Shown in pieces: positions 13,665 through 28,525 of a stretch of DNA of 64,000 nucleotides. The translations under genes were made by a program, and so were the position numbers. How positions within the stretch are numbered: position 1 is the first letter of the stretch; each line of letters starts with the position of its first letter. The notes beneath the pieces were generated by a model. The model had not been told where the DNA came from and searched no databases. It saw nothing but the letters and a program-made list of their open reading frames with translations. Source of the stretch: Paraspadella gotoi (Eukaryota > Animalia > Chaetognatha); assembly GCA_051294375.1 (NCBI GenBank), contig CM119270.1, positions 8,173,063 through 8,237,062 of the forward strand. The letters run 5' to 3'.

Positions 13665-15848
13665 AAAATCCTTTTGGAAGACGATAGAAAGTCCGTCTTG
13701 AGGGAAAATCGGCCATTTATGCAGATATACAGCGATATACTTTTTAATCGGCGCCGGATTTAGTTCCCGTCCGGAATTTGGGGTCCGGGAGGAACCGCTA
13801 TCTCGGATTTAATATTGGCAAAGGGTGTATTATTTACCGCACAGTAGAAGGCATGTCTGAGGAAGAGGCTTTTTGGTCGGTCTTAAGGTCTGTCTCTCGT
13901 CTGTCTGTCCGAGGATATTAATAATAAGCATTAGAAAAAAAGCATATTTTTAATTACAGTATTTACTTAATTAGAATTAATCTTATTCTCGGACTTCATC
14001 TTTACTATTCCTTTTACGCTCTTTTCCTCTTGTGTTATCTATGAAAATGGTACAACCTATATTTTTTTCTCTAACTCTCTCTCTCTCTCTTTCTTTCAAT
14101 TTCTTTCTATATACCTTCCCGTTCTTTCTTTAGGTATCTCGAGCTCTCTCTCTCTCTCCTCTCTCTCTCTCCTCTTCTCTCCTCCTCTCTCTCTGCTCTT
14201 TCCTCCTCTCAGGCCCCTATTCTTCGCCTCCAGACTCCATATATCACCTCGTTAAAATTCTGCCGTCCGTCCACACCTTCACCGGGCTTTTGTCTCAATT
14301 GTGTCTCGCTGAAAACTGAGGAGACAGGGTTCTCTCTCCTCTCTCTTGCAGGTGCTCTCTTCTTCATCTCTCTCTCTCTTACTTCTCCCTCTCTTCTCTG
14401 TCTCTCTCTCTCTCTCTCAACTAGACACTTTCTCTCTCTCTTTTTCTCCCTCTCTTTCCATTGTAAACCTGAGATAGGGCAGTGCGTAGTACATTCCATA
14501 GTTCGCAACAGTGGGCCCATTAAACTTGGAGGCCCTTTTCAATATAACATTGGTGTTTGTAGCAAGATAGGCGGACCGAGGAAAGTGAGCGTGGGGCGTT
14601 AATCCCCTGTAAGCCCTTCTTCCAACATTAATACATTGACCTCCACCAACGCCCCCTGGGGCCAACATTTCCGCTGTGATTGATCTTCATCTCACGCCGA
14701 CCCCTGCCCGTTTCATCTCAAAGAGGCGGGCGAAGCGGACAGAAGCGGACAGAAGCGGACAAAAGCGGGCGAGTTCCTGGACGGGAGAAGGAGCGGATGA
14801 GAGGGCGAACAAAGGGACGTCAGAATATGTAAATGTGAACGGTAACGGGAAGACGAAAAAAATGGAGATCAAATATTAATCTGTTCGTAATTAAATAGAA
14901 TGTTAATATGTTTGAAAATTATAGATATACATATATGTAGCGAAAAAGAATGGCAAAAGGATTTGAGGATTCCAGGATTTAAGTATTAACACTCTCTAAA
15001 TAAAATTTAAAGTGTTCTAAAGTAATTTTAAAAAGTATAAATGTAAAAAAAAGATTTTTTTTTTCAAAAAGATTATTAGGAACATACTATTTTAAAAATT
15101 CATTTAATTAAAATAAAAATATTTAAATAAATTAACTTTAAAGTTAAATTTATTCGAGTAACATTTGACATATTATGGAGTTTTTGCAGATGAGTCATCG
15201 AGGGACGAGAAGAGGAAGAAGAGAAGATCGGCGCTCGAAGGAAGAGGTAAGTTCGCTTTCAACTGGAGCGAAGACGAAGAGGGTCAGTTAGTCGAGGGTC
15301 AACGGTTATGGAAAACTTTGTGGAGCGAAATGGAAAGGGAGCAACGGACACAGAACCGGCGGTNNNNNNNNNNNNNNNNNNNNNNNNNNNNNNNNNNNNN
15401 NNNNNNNNNNNNNNNNNNNNCTGAGAGAGAGAGAGAGAGAGTGACATGGGGATGTGTGAAGCGTCATTTGTTAGGTCAAGTTAAGGCTGAAAGAAGAAAG
15501 TTTGGATGTTGGTTCGTTTGAAACGGTTAGTCATGGATTAGGAATGAAATTTCATTTGATGGATATTTTGACACCGATATAACTGAATAAGTCAAAATTA
15601 TACGAGAAATATAGGACAACATCAGGTACAGTGTATAAAACGTGGAAAGAGAAGGAAGAATGGGTTTTCTTCTTTATTTTGGAAAAGGTTTAACTGAGAT
15701 GTAGGTTAAAATCGGCGAGTTGGAGATGTGGGTGCTGATCACTGGAGCGCGGGAATAACAGAACCCGCCGTTATTATCATCATTTTTCCATCGCGATTTC
15801 GCCTCGGGTTTTTGTGTCTAGTTGGCAGTTTTTATTTCTTCTAGAAGA

Positions 15849-15981
<133 letters not shown>

Positions 15982-16291
15982 GTAATGAAACGGAAAGAAA
16001 ACTAATGGGAAACCGCGAATAAATGAATGAACGAAGGAAAGTAATAAAATCGGCAGCTAAACAAATGAACGGGGCTGAATGATTCGCCGGACGTTCGAAG
16101 GGAACGAACCGAATGTTGGGGATTTAATATCTCCTCCTCCTCCTCCTCATTCTCCTCTTCCGCCCAGTTCCACCCACTCCATCTTTTTTTTATTCACCTG
16201 CCAACAGACGCTTAAGACGGAGGCGGAGGATTGGGNNNNNNNNNNNNNNNNNNNNNNNNNGGAAAAAGTAGGAGGGAGGAGGGGAGAGAAG

Positions 16292-16345
<54 letters not shown>

Positions 16346-18540
16346 GAGAGAGAGAGAAGAGGGGAAAAGGGGGAAAAGGGAACGAGGAATGCAAAAGAGA
16401 AGAGAAAGAAAAGGGAGAAGAGAAGAAGGTAGAAAGGACGGAGGAGATACGTTGGCAAAGGGAGAAAAGAGAACTTATGAAGAAAGAGGGAAAAATAAAT
16501 TAGATTTGCTGATATTGAGGTGGAGATAAAAAGAGGGTAAAGTCTTTTACTAAAGGAGAGGTGGCGGAGTGGGAAAAAGAAAATTGGCAAACCCCGGAGA
16601 GAGAGGGGCAAACGAGAAGAAGGAAGGTTGGCAACGAGAAGAGAGGAGGTGGCAAAGGCGCGAGAGAGAAGAGAAGTTGGGCGCAGGAGTCGCCTCCGAA
16701 ATTTGTTTTCTTTGTGTCTCTCTTGTTCTTTGCGTTCGTCTCGGTGACCGGCTGGCGACCGGCTGGCGACCGCTGCGTTCGTTGGCCTACTCGGTTTCTC
16801 GCGTCGGTTTATGGACAAAGGGAAATCTCTCCCTCCAGTCGTAAACCGCTTTATTTTCTCCTACATTTTCCTTCTCTTTTTTTTATTTTTCGTCTGTGCT
16901 TTTATTTTTTCTCGTTTGATGGACTTTCTGTCCTTATTTTGTTTATATTCAGTTTCTTTCTTTCCTTTTTCTTTTCTTTCTTTCTTCTTTTTTATCCATT
17001 ATCCTCCTTTTTTCTGTCTCTCCTTCTCTTTCTCTATCCTTTGGAAGTTCACGGCCCAAACGTCTCATTTTCCTCCAGGTCGATGGAAGCGACGTCCGTT
17101 AACGGAAGGGAGAACAAATTAGTAAAGACTGAGACTTAATTCACTCAATACTCATCTCATTAATCTCACGCATGTCATCAGGGGTATCATCTTTTCAAGT
17201 TGTTGATATTTTAAACAACAGCTTTAATACTTTAATAAAAGTTTTCCCATTAAATGAATACATTTTAATATTTTTTATATTTCTGAGTGGAATTATTTAA
17301 AACTATTCAGGTTTAGTGAAAGAAATATTTTTTATTACTTAGCAATTTATAAGTACTAGTACTTTAATAAATTGCTAGTATAATAAAATAAATTCCTTTT
17401 CATAAGTATTCTTTATGAAAAGGAAATTTATTACTATAATTTCTATATTATTTTTTATTTAAACATTTGTTTTAAAGCCTTATAAGTTAGAAAACTTGTA
17501 TTTTTGATCTTTATTTTAAAAAAATATTCATTTGAAAGTACTAATTGATTAATCTTTTTTTAAAAAAAAATTTTTATTTTTTACCGTATAATTCAATAAC
17601 TTGAAAAATTCGTAAAACAAAGTTGGGAGAGAGGTCTTAAATTAAAGCTTATGTTTTGTAGATAATGATTAGATATATAAACATTCAAATTGTAAGCACA
17701 CAGACAAAAATAATAAATAAATATTTTTTTAAAAATTTTTTCAAGATTTAACAATTCATTAGCTTCCTGAACAAAATTAAAAAACCTAATACCTATTTAC
17801 GCCAATAGAAAGCCCAAATGTTTACTCTAGAGGATTTAGTCTGTTTTTATACCTTTATTTTATGTTATTATTTTCAAAGTTATAAAGGAAAAATGTAAAA
17901 AAATGTGTCTTAAAAATGCCGAGAATTTCGGTTTTTTAAACATCAATAATTGGAAAAGTATTTTTTGGATTTTTAAAAATAAAGTATGTAAATGAATAAG
18001 TATTTTTTTCCGCACTCTTTAAATTGACGCCCAGGTTAAATTGATTCGATTGATATTTTTTTTAAGATATCTATCACATTTTTTAATTTGAAAAAACCGT
18101 TTTTGCAAATTTTTTGAAGAGTTGCAAGCACTTATTTGATCGATTTTTTCAAAAAGAACAAAGATAGAAAAAATTAGTAGCATATAGGCGACTAATTTGA
18201 CTATAGTTTGCTAAATTCTGTAAAAAACTTTATAAAATTTCGCTAAGGCCTACCCCCAGTCATTCGCTTAAAAAGATATAGCTCGATCATTTTTTTCTCG
18301 ATTATTTCACATTTTTCACCCATTTGCTTAACTCCATGGCTCACAAACCCACTCTCACTTCTTTGACGATTCACCATCTCACAATTTCCCTCACCCTCCT
18401 GTAATTCACAGTCAGTTTGCATTCTTGTCAATTCTGTATTCCTTTTCTTCTCTCCTCCTTCTACGAGAAACGAATCACTAAAAAACCCCCAAACCATTAT
18501 TTTTTTTTGTAAACACCATCATTTCTCTCTCTCTCCTCTC

Positions 18541-18606
<66 letters not shown>

Positions 18607-19361
18607 GCTCTCTCCACACTTTCGATAACACCGTGGCTCGTTTTCCGCGTTTAAAAATAGACGATCTTCCTCGCAGAAGACTAGTTTTTTTTTTTACCCC
18701 TTTTATCAGGCAATTCCTACACAAATATATTTACGCCCACATCCGGGGTTGATTGCCCCGACACTCTACCTACATCCGGGGTCGCAGAAACCGCTAGGAA
18801 ACATTAACAAACAACTTTTTTTTTTTTTGCTTTGACTTTGAGGTCTCGATGTCCTTTTTTACATTGTGCTACATTTAGAAATATTGTATAATGCATGTAA
18901 AATTGATATAAAAATGATATGTAATAACAGTTATCCTCTCGAGGAATGAAGATTTTTTTTATGATATTGATTTTTGTGGCGTGTTCGGGCAGGCGAAGAG
19001 CGTCAACGATAAGTCGCCCTCTATCGGAAGTCCAAACGCATCAGTCTGTCGTGAGCGTCCGTCAGATGCGGGCATCGGCAGGCAAATAATGAACTACGCC
19101 TGGGACGATCACGATTAACGACTTTTTTTAGCGGTCTCTGCTCTCTCTCTCTCTCCTCCTCTTCTCCTCTCTTCTCTCTCTCTCTCTCTCTTCTCTCTTC
19201 TCTCTCTCTCTGCAGCCTGTCTCCTTTCTCGTGAGAAGAAACCCAAACCCTTTCGTCCAAGGAAGACACTGGCATTTGGTCCGTGGGGAGCAAAAAAAAA
19301 AAAGGAAAGAAGAAAAATCTAAGTATTAATATAAATAGAGAGTTTTATTGATCCGACTTTA

Positions 19362-19527
19362 TTGATAGGTTAGCCTGGTACTCTGCGTAGTGAATAAACT
19401 ACGTCTTGATAGGTAAGCTTGCAGGGTCATGCTGCTGTTTTGAGTAAGAAGGATTAAGGCCTTGCACTATCATAGCCTATTCAAAGTCAAAGGGGTCAAG
19501 ATAGCTTATTTATTTGAATGAATGAAT
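19362..19527 (+). mobile_element. Dispersed repeat with an ...gatagcttatttatt(gaat)n tail, possibly an L2/CR1-type LINE or SINE 3' end
   Basis: Same sequence at 25123-25280 (inside the duplicate) and a diverged inverted copy at 29341-29516. A terminal (AATG)n tail is typical of L2-clade 3' ends. Confidence 0.5.
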
Positions 19528-20145
19528 TCATTTTTATTACATGTATTGAATTTTATAATTATACATGTTTATAATATATAAACGAGAAAAGAAACGGAAA
19601 AGACGAATTCCCTAAGTGATAAGTAATAAATGAAGAATATGTTAGAAGACAAATAGAAAAAAATAAGCATCTAAAGGGAGTGAAAGAACTGGGGGGAATG
19701 ATGAAAAAACTGGTTACCCGTAATCCAGATGTCGGACGCTTTTTTAGTCGCGGCGTCGGATTTCGCGGACACGCCCACATTTTTAAATGGTGACACGACC
19801 TTTTGGATGCGAGGGATGAAAAACCCTGAAGAGGAGGAAAAGGAAAGGAAGGGGGAGGAAGAGGAAAAGGAAAGAAGAGAATAAGAGGGGCGAAGAAGGA
19901 AAGGAGGTCGAGGGGAAGGGGAAAAATAAGTCAAAAGTCAAAGGCCATGAGGAAGATTCAAGAAGATGATAAATTTAAGGTTTAACAGTTGAATGCGGGA
20001 TGGAAGAAATAATAAATATTGAAATGTAAACATAGGAATTATTATAAACAAAATAGGAACAAGTATCTAGATACTAAAATAGAAAGAATAAAAGAATAAA
20101 AAAGAAATTAATGACGAAGATTCGAGTACAAGTACCGAGAGAGAG

Positions 20146-20193
<48 letters not shown>

Positions 20194-20299
20194 AGAGAGA
20201 AGAAGAGGAGACGAGAGAGAGAAATCTTGAGGGTGACTTCGTCGAGGTCGAATAACGCGATGAATTCGTCGACGGAAGATGAGGTGAGAAGAGACCTTA

Positions 20300-20660
20300 T
20301 GATAATGAGGTACAGAAGAGAGAGTAAAGGGAGGAAGGAAAAGGAGGAAACAGAAAAAGAAGAGAGTTGGAAAGGCAGAAAGAAGAGAGAGAGTAAAGGG
20401 AGGAAGCGAAAGGGAAGGAACAGAAAAAGAAGAGAGTTGGAAAAGGATGAAGAAGAGAGAGTAAAGGGAGGAAGGAAAGGGAGGAAACAGAAAAAGAAGA
20501 GAGTGGAAAGGGAGGGAAAAGAGAGGGTTAAAGGGAGGAAGGAAAAGGGAGGAAAAACAGGAAAAAAAAGTGAGGAGTAAAGGGAAGGAAGGGAAATGGA
20601 GGAAACAGGGAAAAAGAAGGAGAAAGGAAGAGAAGAGAGTGGAAAGGAAGTAAAAAGAGA
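20300..20660. repeat. Purine-rich minisatellite, ~60-65 bp unit (gaagagagagtaaagggaggaaggaaagggaggaaacagaaaaagaagagag...)
   Basis: Repeated gagagtaaagggagg anchors. Mirrored at ~26080-26420. Confidence 0.75.
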
Positions 20661-22863
20661 GAAAAAAAAGGGAAGACGCATTTGAGTAGGAAAAGAAGGA
20701 AATCAAGGTAAGATTAAAAATTAACAATTGATAAAAGAAATGACCATAGCAATTACAAAAGAAAGAAAAAACAAAGATTTAAGATTGGAAAAATAAGAAG
20801 AAAGTTTTCAGCGAAAAAGAAAAAGAGTCATACGAACTCCGCTTATGTTAATAGAGTCGTAAATGGAAAAGCGCGGAACGCTGAGAGGCGAATCGACGGA
20901 AAGGTTGCCTTTCTTTTTTTCTTCTTTTTTTTATTCTTGATGCGTCGCAAGACTGATTCATCTCTTGAAGCCGCTGTGAATAAATTAAATTATTTTAATT
21001 GCATAGCGAATTTATAGATACATATACGAGATAAGATGATTTCGAATTTTACAGAATAGAACTATTAGGGGAGCGTGACATTTAAAAATAAATTTGAAAT
21101 AGGGTTATTAATTAACAATTTTCGAGGGCAAAGTTAAGAAGCTAATCTAAAATGTTATTTTACAACGTCTTTAATATTAATAGTTACCTTTTTTATTAAA
21201 GGAAATTTTTTTCATATTTTTCATATTTAAAGAATTGGCTGTTACAAAAAGCTGATGAAAGCAATATAATAAATAAGATAAATATAAGACATATGACGAA
21301 GCATTTTATTTCCCGTTTAGGCGGTCTTTTTGCTTGTGCCTTCCTTTTTATTTTTATCTTTTCTTTTTTACTATTTTTATTCGTTTCCCATTTTTCCCTC
21401 TTTTTTTTTCGCCTCTTATTCCTTTCGAGATATTTTTCGAGTCTCAGGGCTTGAAGCAAACGAGCTTGATGATATATTTTTAAATGAGCTAGTATGAGAC
21501 ATTGTATTTGGAACTAAAAACACACTTTTCTGATATTTTTTTCGAGCTTAATGTTGAATGTCAAAACTGAATATTATATCTAGCATTGACAAAATCAAAA
21601 AAATATATATACATAAACTATTAAAGCTTTTATTCTCCTAATTCTGGAGTAAGAGATTCGTAAGTAAATCGTTTAAAATATTATCACTTATCAAAAAAAT
21701 CATTTATCAGAAATAAGCAAATTAATTATTTTGGATAAAGCAATAATTACGCAAGAATCAAGGATCGAAAATTTCTAGTTAAGTTTTTTATTTCCTGCGG
21801 AGGAAGTGGAAAATTAAATCCAATCGAAAGAGAGATCGTGAGATAACCAAAAGGCTAAAGTTTGAGTATTTATCAGAAATCGAGGTGAAAGGAGGTGTGT
21901 GAATTGGGAAACCAGACTGTTCGGGGAAAATCCCTCTTCCTCCCCACGACTAGGATTGAATTTGAAACAGTCCCGGACGAAATCAAGCATATATTGGCTT
22001 CGATATTTAAAGCGTTTTTATTGAATATATTTTTTTTTTACTTTCGAGGCGAAATCCTATTTAATTTTTAAGAAGCGTGAATCTTATTTTAAACTTCAAA
22101 AATCAAGCTGTAGGTTATAACTACCAAGAAAGGCTACTTTTGCGACTCAAGAAGTTAAGTTTTCAGAACCAATATCCAAAAAATTTAACTTCTGTTATAA
22201 TTTAACTTTTGCTGACTTTTAAAAATTTTGTATTTAGTGCTAGCGTCTTCCACAATAGTTCACTTTTATTTAATTCCTGGATTTGAATACCTCCAAGTAT
22301 ATATCAGCGATTTGATTTGGTTCACAAATATTAAGAAAGAGAAAGATTCCAAAAAACTTATATTGCACTATATAGTATCGTTGTTATTGCCATAAATAAC
22401 TATTGTTTTTCCTTAAATATAATTTACATTTTTTATAAATTTATTAATATTAATTTAAAAACTTACCCTAACCCCTAACCCCTAGCCCTACACCCCTAAT
22501 TACCAACTTAAATTTTTAACCCTCACTTACCTTTCTACTTACATTTACACTTTATTTCTTAATTTATTCATAACTTAATTTTTATCCAAATATTAAAAAC
22601 ATTTATGATAAAAATCTGAATTCCTTTTCCTATTTTTTTTTTCAAAAAATTATCTTCCGTTCGGTCTTCGTTACTTTTTCTTTTTTCCATTGATTCTTTA
22701 AGAAAAAACCTGTTCTTTCCGTTATTCCCACTAGTCCGCTGGAGCGTATTAATCTCCAGATTGCCTTAATAATCCATTTTATATTTTAGGAAGAAACGAG
22801 CTGCTGTGACTTGTTAAATTTAACATTTATCTTTTCTAAATAGACTAATCCCTCTTTGGGCAG

Positions 22864-23105
22864 ATGCGGGCAAAAAAACTTAGGGACGTTCGCTACACGC
22901 CGGCGGCGCTGTGATCGCGCCACGTGTGGTGGCAACTGGTCGGCCGCCGCCCGCCTGCGGCTATCGGCGCCTCTTGCGCTGCGCTCGACACAACCGCCGC
23001 TGCCTGCTATGCCCGCGTCTTGGGCGGCGGCGCGGCGGCGGCGGTTTACCGCTGGCGGCGCCATGGGCCTACGATATGTCGAAAGAATAAGTCAAAGAAA
23101 AATTA
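22864..23105 (+). pseudogene. Frameshifted copy of the glycine-zipper ORF (likely sequencing or assembly noise)
   Basis: Aligns to 28526-28756 with scattered 1-2 bp indels. Confidence 0.6.
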
Positions 23106-25122
23106 ATTAATTAACAGATATGTCGAAGAATAAGTCAAAGAAAATTAATTAATTAAAGATATGCTCGAAGAATGAGTCTAAGAAAAATTAACGTTGGTGA
23201 TAATGAAGTCGACTCTGCAGATGGGGGCGACGATACGAAAGTCTTTTACTTTTATGTCTCCTCTGGAAAGGGGAGAATGCAAAAGAGAAGAGAAAAGGAG
23301 AAGAGAGAAGGTAGAAAGGACGGAGGAGATACGTTGGCAAAGGGAGAAAAGAGAACTTATGAAGAAAGAGGGAAAAATAAATTAATTTGCTGATATTGAG
23401 TGGAGATAAAAAGGAGGTAAAGTCTTTACTAAAGAGAGAAGGTGGCGAGTGGAAAAAGAAAATGGCAACCCCGGAGAGAGAAGGTGGCAAACGAGAAGAG
23501 AGAAGGTGGCAAACGAGAAGAGAGGAGGTGGCAAAGGCGGAGAGAGAGAGAAGGTGGCGCAGAGTCGCCTCCGGAAATTTGTTTTCTTTGTGTCTTCTCT
23601 TTGTCTTTGCGTTCGTCTCGGTGACCGGGCTGGCGACCGCTGGCGACCGCTGGCGTCGTTGGCCTACTCGTCTCGCGTCGGTTTATGGACAAAGGGAAAT
23701 CTCTCCCTCAGTCGTAACCGCTTTATTTTCTCCTACATTTTCCTTCTCTTTTTTTTATTTTCGTCTGTGGCTTTTATTTTCTCGTTTGATGACTTTCTGT
23801 CCTTATTTTGTTTATATCAGTTTCTTTCTTTCTTTTTCTTTCTTTCTTTCTTTCTTTTTATCATTATCTCTCCTTTCTGTCTCTCTCTCTCTTTCTCTAT
23901 CCTTTTGGAAGTTCACGGCCAAACGTCTCATTTTCCTCCAGGTCGATGGGAAGCGACGTCGTAACGAAGGGAGAACAAATTAGTAAAGACTGAGACTTAA
24001 TTCACTCAAACTCATCTCATAATCTCACGCAGTCATCAGGGTATCATCTTTTCAAGGTTTGATATTTAAACAAAAGCTTTAATACTTTAATAAAAGTTTT
24101 CCCATTAAATGAATACATTTAATATTTTTTTATATTTTCTGAGTGAATTATTTAAAAACTATCAGGTTTAGTGAAAGAAACATTTTTTATACTAGCAATT
24201 TATTAAGTACTTATGAAAAGGAAATTTATTTTTTACTTTCGAGGCCCCCCAGTCATTCGCTTAAAGATATAGCTCGATCATTTTTCTCGATATTTCACAT
24301 ATTCACCATTTGCTTAACTCCATGGCTCACAAACCACTCTCACTTCTTCGACGATTCACCATCTCACAATTTCCCTCACCCTCCTTAATTCACAGTCAGT
24401 TTGCATTCTTGTCAATCTGTATTCCGTTCTTCTCTCCTCCTCGTACGAGAACGAATCACTACACATANNNNNNNNNNNNNNNNNNNNNNNNNNNNNNNNN
24501 NNNNNNNNNNNNNNNNNNNNNNNNNNNNNNNNNNNNNNNNNNNNNNNNNNNNNNNNNNNNNNNNNNNNNNNNNNNNNNNNNNNNNNNNNNNNNNNNNNNN
24601 NNNNNNNNNNNNNNNNNNNNNNNNNNNNNNNNNNNNNNNNNNNNNNNTTTTTTTTTACCCTTTTATCAGGCAATTCCTACACAAATATATTTACGCCCAC
24701 ATCCGGGGTTGATGCCCCGACACTCTCCTACATCCGGGGTCGCAGACCGCTAGGAAAATTAACAAACAACTTTTTTTTTTGCTTGGACTTGAGGTCGATG
24801 TCCTTTTTACATTGTGCGTACATTTAGAAATATTGTATAATGCATGTAAAATTGATATAAAAATGATATGTAAACAGTTATCCTCTCGAGGAATGAAGAT
24901 TTTTTTTATGATATTGATTTTTGTGGCGTGTCGGGCAGGGCGAAGAGGTCAACGATAAGTCGCCCTCTATCGAAGTCCAAACGCATCAGTCTGTCCGTNN
25001 NNNNNNNNTGAGAAACCAAACCCTTCGTCCAAGGAAGACACTGATTTGGTCGTGGGGAGCAAAAAAAAAGGAAAGAAGAAAATCTAAGTATAATATAATA
25101 AGAGAGTTTATGATCCGACTTT

Positions 25123-25280
25123 ATTGATAGGTTAGCCTGGTACTCTGGTAGTGAATAAACTAGTCTTGATAGTAAGCTTGCAGGGTCATGCTGTGTTTTG
25201 AGTAAGAAGGATTAAGGCCTTGCACTATCATAGCCTATTCAAAGTCAAGGGTCAGATAGCTTATTTATTGAATGAATGAA
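25123..25280 (+). mobile_element. L2/CR1-tail-like dispersed repeat
   Basis: attgataggttagcc...aagcttgcaggg...aaggcctt...caaagtcaaggg...gatagcttatttattgaatgaatgaa. Confidence 0.5.
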
Positions 25281-28150
25281 TTATTTTTATACATGTATGA
25301 ATTTTATAATATACATGTTTATAATATATAAACGAGAAAAGAAACGGAAAAGACGAATTCCCTAAGTGATAAGTAATAAATGAGAATATGTTTGAAGACA
25401 AATAGAAAAAATAATCATCTAAAGGGAGTGAAAGAACTGGGGGGAATGAGAAAAAACTGGTTACCCGGAATCCCAGATGTCCGGACGCTTTTTTAGTCGC
25501 GGCGTCGATTTCGCGGACACGCCCACATTTTATGGTGACGACCTTTGGATGCGAGATGAAAAACCCTGAGAGGAGGAAAAGGAAAGAAGGGGGAGGAAGA
25601 GGAAAAGGAAAGAAGAGATAAGAGGGGGAAGAAGGAAAGGAGGTCGAGGGGAAGGGGAAAAATAAGTCAAAAGTCAAAGGCCATGAGGGAAGATTCAAGA
25701 AGATGCTAAATTATAAGCGTTAACAGTTGAATCGCGGGAGTGGAGAAATAATAAATATTGAAATATAAACATTAGAATTTTATAAAACAATAAAAACACA
25801 GTACTAGATCAATACAATAGAAAGAATAAAAAGGAATAAAAAAGCAAATTTAATGACGAAGATTTCGCAGACATAGTACGAGAGGAGAGAAAAGAGAAAG
25901 AGAGAGAGAGCGGAGAGAGAGACGAGATGACTGAGAGAGAGAGACCTGATGAGAAGAGACGAGGAGAGCAGAGGAGAGAGAGAATCTTGAGGGTGACTTC
26001 GTTTCGCACGCGTCGACATAACGCGCATGAATTCGTCGACGTGGAGACTGAGGTGAGAGACTAGTGATAATGAGGAAGAAGACGAGAGAGTAAAGGGAGG
26101 AAGGCAAGGGAGGCAAAACAGAAAAAAGAAGAGGATTGCGAAAGGCAGGCGCAAGCAAGACGAGAGTAAAGGAGGAAGGGAAAGGGCAGGAAACAGAGCA
26201 AAGAAGAGACTATGATAATGAGGAAGAAGAGAGAGTAAAGGGAGGAAGGAAAGGGAGGAAACAGAAAAAGAAGAGAGTGGAAAGGGAGGAAGAAGAGAGA
26301 GTAAAGGGAGGAAGGAAAGGGAGGAAACAGAAAAAAAAGTGAGAGTAAAGGAAGGAAGGAAATGGAGGAAACAGAAAAAGAAGAGAAAGAAGAGAAGAGA
26401 GTGGAAAGGAAGTAAAAAGAGAGAAAAAAAAGGGAAGACGCATTGAGTAGGAAAAGAAGGAATCAAGGTAAGATTAAAATTAACAATTGATAAAAGAAAT
26501 AGACCATAGCAATACAAAAGAAAGAAAAAACGAAAGATTTAAGATGGAAAAGATAAGAAGAAAGTTTTCAGCGAAAAAGAAAAAGAGTCATACCGAACTC
26601 CGCTTATGTATAATAGACGTCGTAAATGGAAGCGCGGGAACGCTGAGAGGCGAATCGACGGAAAGGGCCTTTCCTTTTTTTCTTCTTTTTTTATTCTTGA
26701 TGCGTCGCAAGACTGATTCATCTCTGAAGCCGCTGTGATAAATTAAGTTATTTAATTGATAGCGAATTTATAGATGACATATACGAGATAAGATGGATTC
26801 GAATTTTTACAGAATAGAACTTAGGGAGCGTGACATTTAAAAATAAATTTGAAATAGGTATTTAAATAACAAATTTGAGAGGAAAGTTAAGAAGTAATCT
26901 AAAATGTTTATTACAACGTCCTTTAATACTTAAGAGTTACCTTTTTATTAAAGGAAAATTTTTTCATATTTTTCATATTTAAAGAATTGGCTGTTACAAA
27001 AGCTGATGAAAGCATATAATAAATAAGATAAATATAAGACATATGACGAAGCATTTTATTTCCCGTTTAGGCGTCTTTTGCTTGTGCCTTCCTTTTATTT
27101 TTATCTTTCTTTTTTACTATTTTTATTCGTTTCCCATTTTCCCTCTTTTTTTTCGCCTTCTTATTCCTTTCGAGATATTTTTACGAGTCTCAGGGCTTGA
27201 AGCAAACGAGCTTGATATATATTTTAAATGAGCCTAGTATGAGACATGTATTTGACTAAAACACCACTTTCTGATATTTTTTCGAGCTTAATGTTGAATG
27301 TCAAAACTGAATTATTATATCTAGCATTGACAAATCAAAAAAATACTAAACTATAAAGCTTTTTCTCCTAATTCTGAGTAAGAGATTCGAAGTAAATCTT
27401 TAAAATATTATCACTTATCAAAAAATATTTATCAGAAATAAGCAAATTAAAATATTTTGGAAAAGCAATAATTACGCAAGAATCAAGGATCGAATTTCTA
27501 GTTAAGTTTTTGTTCCGCGGAGGAAGTGAAAATTAAATCCAATCGAAAGAGAGATCGTGAGAAACAAAAGGCTAAAGTTTGAGTATTTATCAGAAATGAG
27601 TGAAAGAGTGGTGAATTGGGAAAACCAGACTGTTCGGGAAATCCCTCTCTCCCCACGACTAGGATTGAATTTGAAACAGTCCCGGACGAAATCAAGCATA
27701 TATTGGCTTCGATATTTAAGCGTTTATGAATATATTTTTTTTTACTTCGAGCGAAATCCTATTTAATTTTTAAGAAGCGTTGAATTATTTTAAACTTCAA
27801 AAATCAAGCTGTAGGTTATAACTACCAAGAAAGGCGACTTTTGGACTCGAAGAAGTAAGTTTTCAGAACAATATCCAAAAATTTAACTCTGTATAATTTA
27901 ACTTTTGCTGACTTAAAATTTGTATTTAGTGTAGCGTCTTCCACAATAGTTCACTTTTTATTTAATCCTGGATTTGAATACGCTCCAGATATATATCAGC
28001 GATTTGATTTGGTTCACAAATATTAAGAAAGAGAAAGATTCCAAAAAACTTATATTGCCTATTAGATCGTTGTTATTGCCATAAATAACTATTGTTTTTC
28101 CTTAAATATAATTACATTTTTTATAAATTTAATTATTTATTAATTTAAAA

Positions 28151-28222
28151 ACTTACCCTAACCCCTAACCCCTAGCCTACCCCTAATTACCCCAACTTAC
28201 TTTTAACCCTCACTTACCTTTC
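28151..28222 (-). repeat. Degenerate TTAGGG/GGTAAGT minisatellite (also 22461-22535)
   Basis: acttaccctaacccctaacccctagcc... is the reverse complement of the array type at 54225-54432. Confidence 0.65.
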
Positions 28223-28525
28223 TACTTAATTTACACTTATTCTTAATTTATCATAACTTTAATTTTTATCCAAATATTAAAAAAATTATGATATCTGAAT
28301 TCCTTCTATTTTTTTTTTCAAAAAATTATCTTCCGTTCGGTTTCGTTACTTTTCTTTTCATTGATCTTAAGAAAAACCTTGTTCTTCGTTATTCCCATAG
28401 TCCGCTGGAGCGTATTAATCTCCAGGAATGCCTAATAATCCATTATATTTTAGGAAGAAACGAGTGTGTGATTGTTAAATTTAACCATTTAGTTCTTTTT
28501 CTAATGACTAATCCCTCTTTGGCAG

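Larger units (their letters stand above)
16385..23240. repeat. Tandem segmental duplicate, copy 1 (indel-rich) of 23270-28890
   Basis: Colinear near-identity from gaatgcaaaagagaagag... to ...acgaaag. It has many 1-bp indels and an extra ~0.85 kb AT-rich segment (~17360-18245). Confidence 0.9.

Noticed and set aside
15190-15246. Isolated 57-nt exon-like segment (ttgcAG...GTAAGT)
   Set aside because: The splice signals are good, but no partner exons or recognisable peptide were found.
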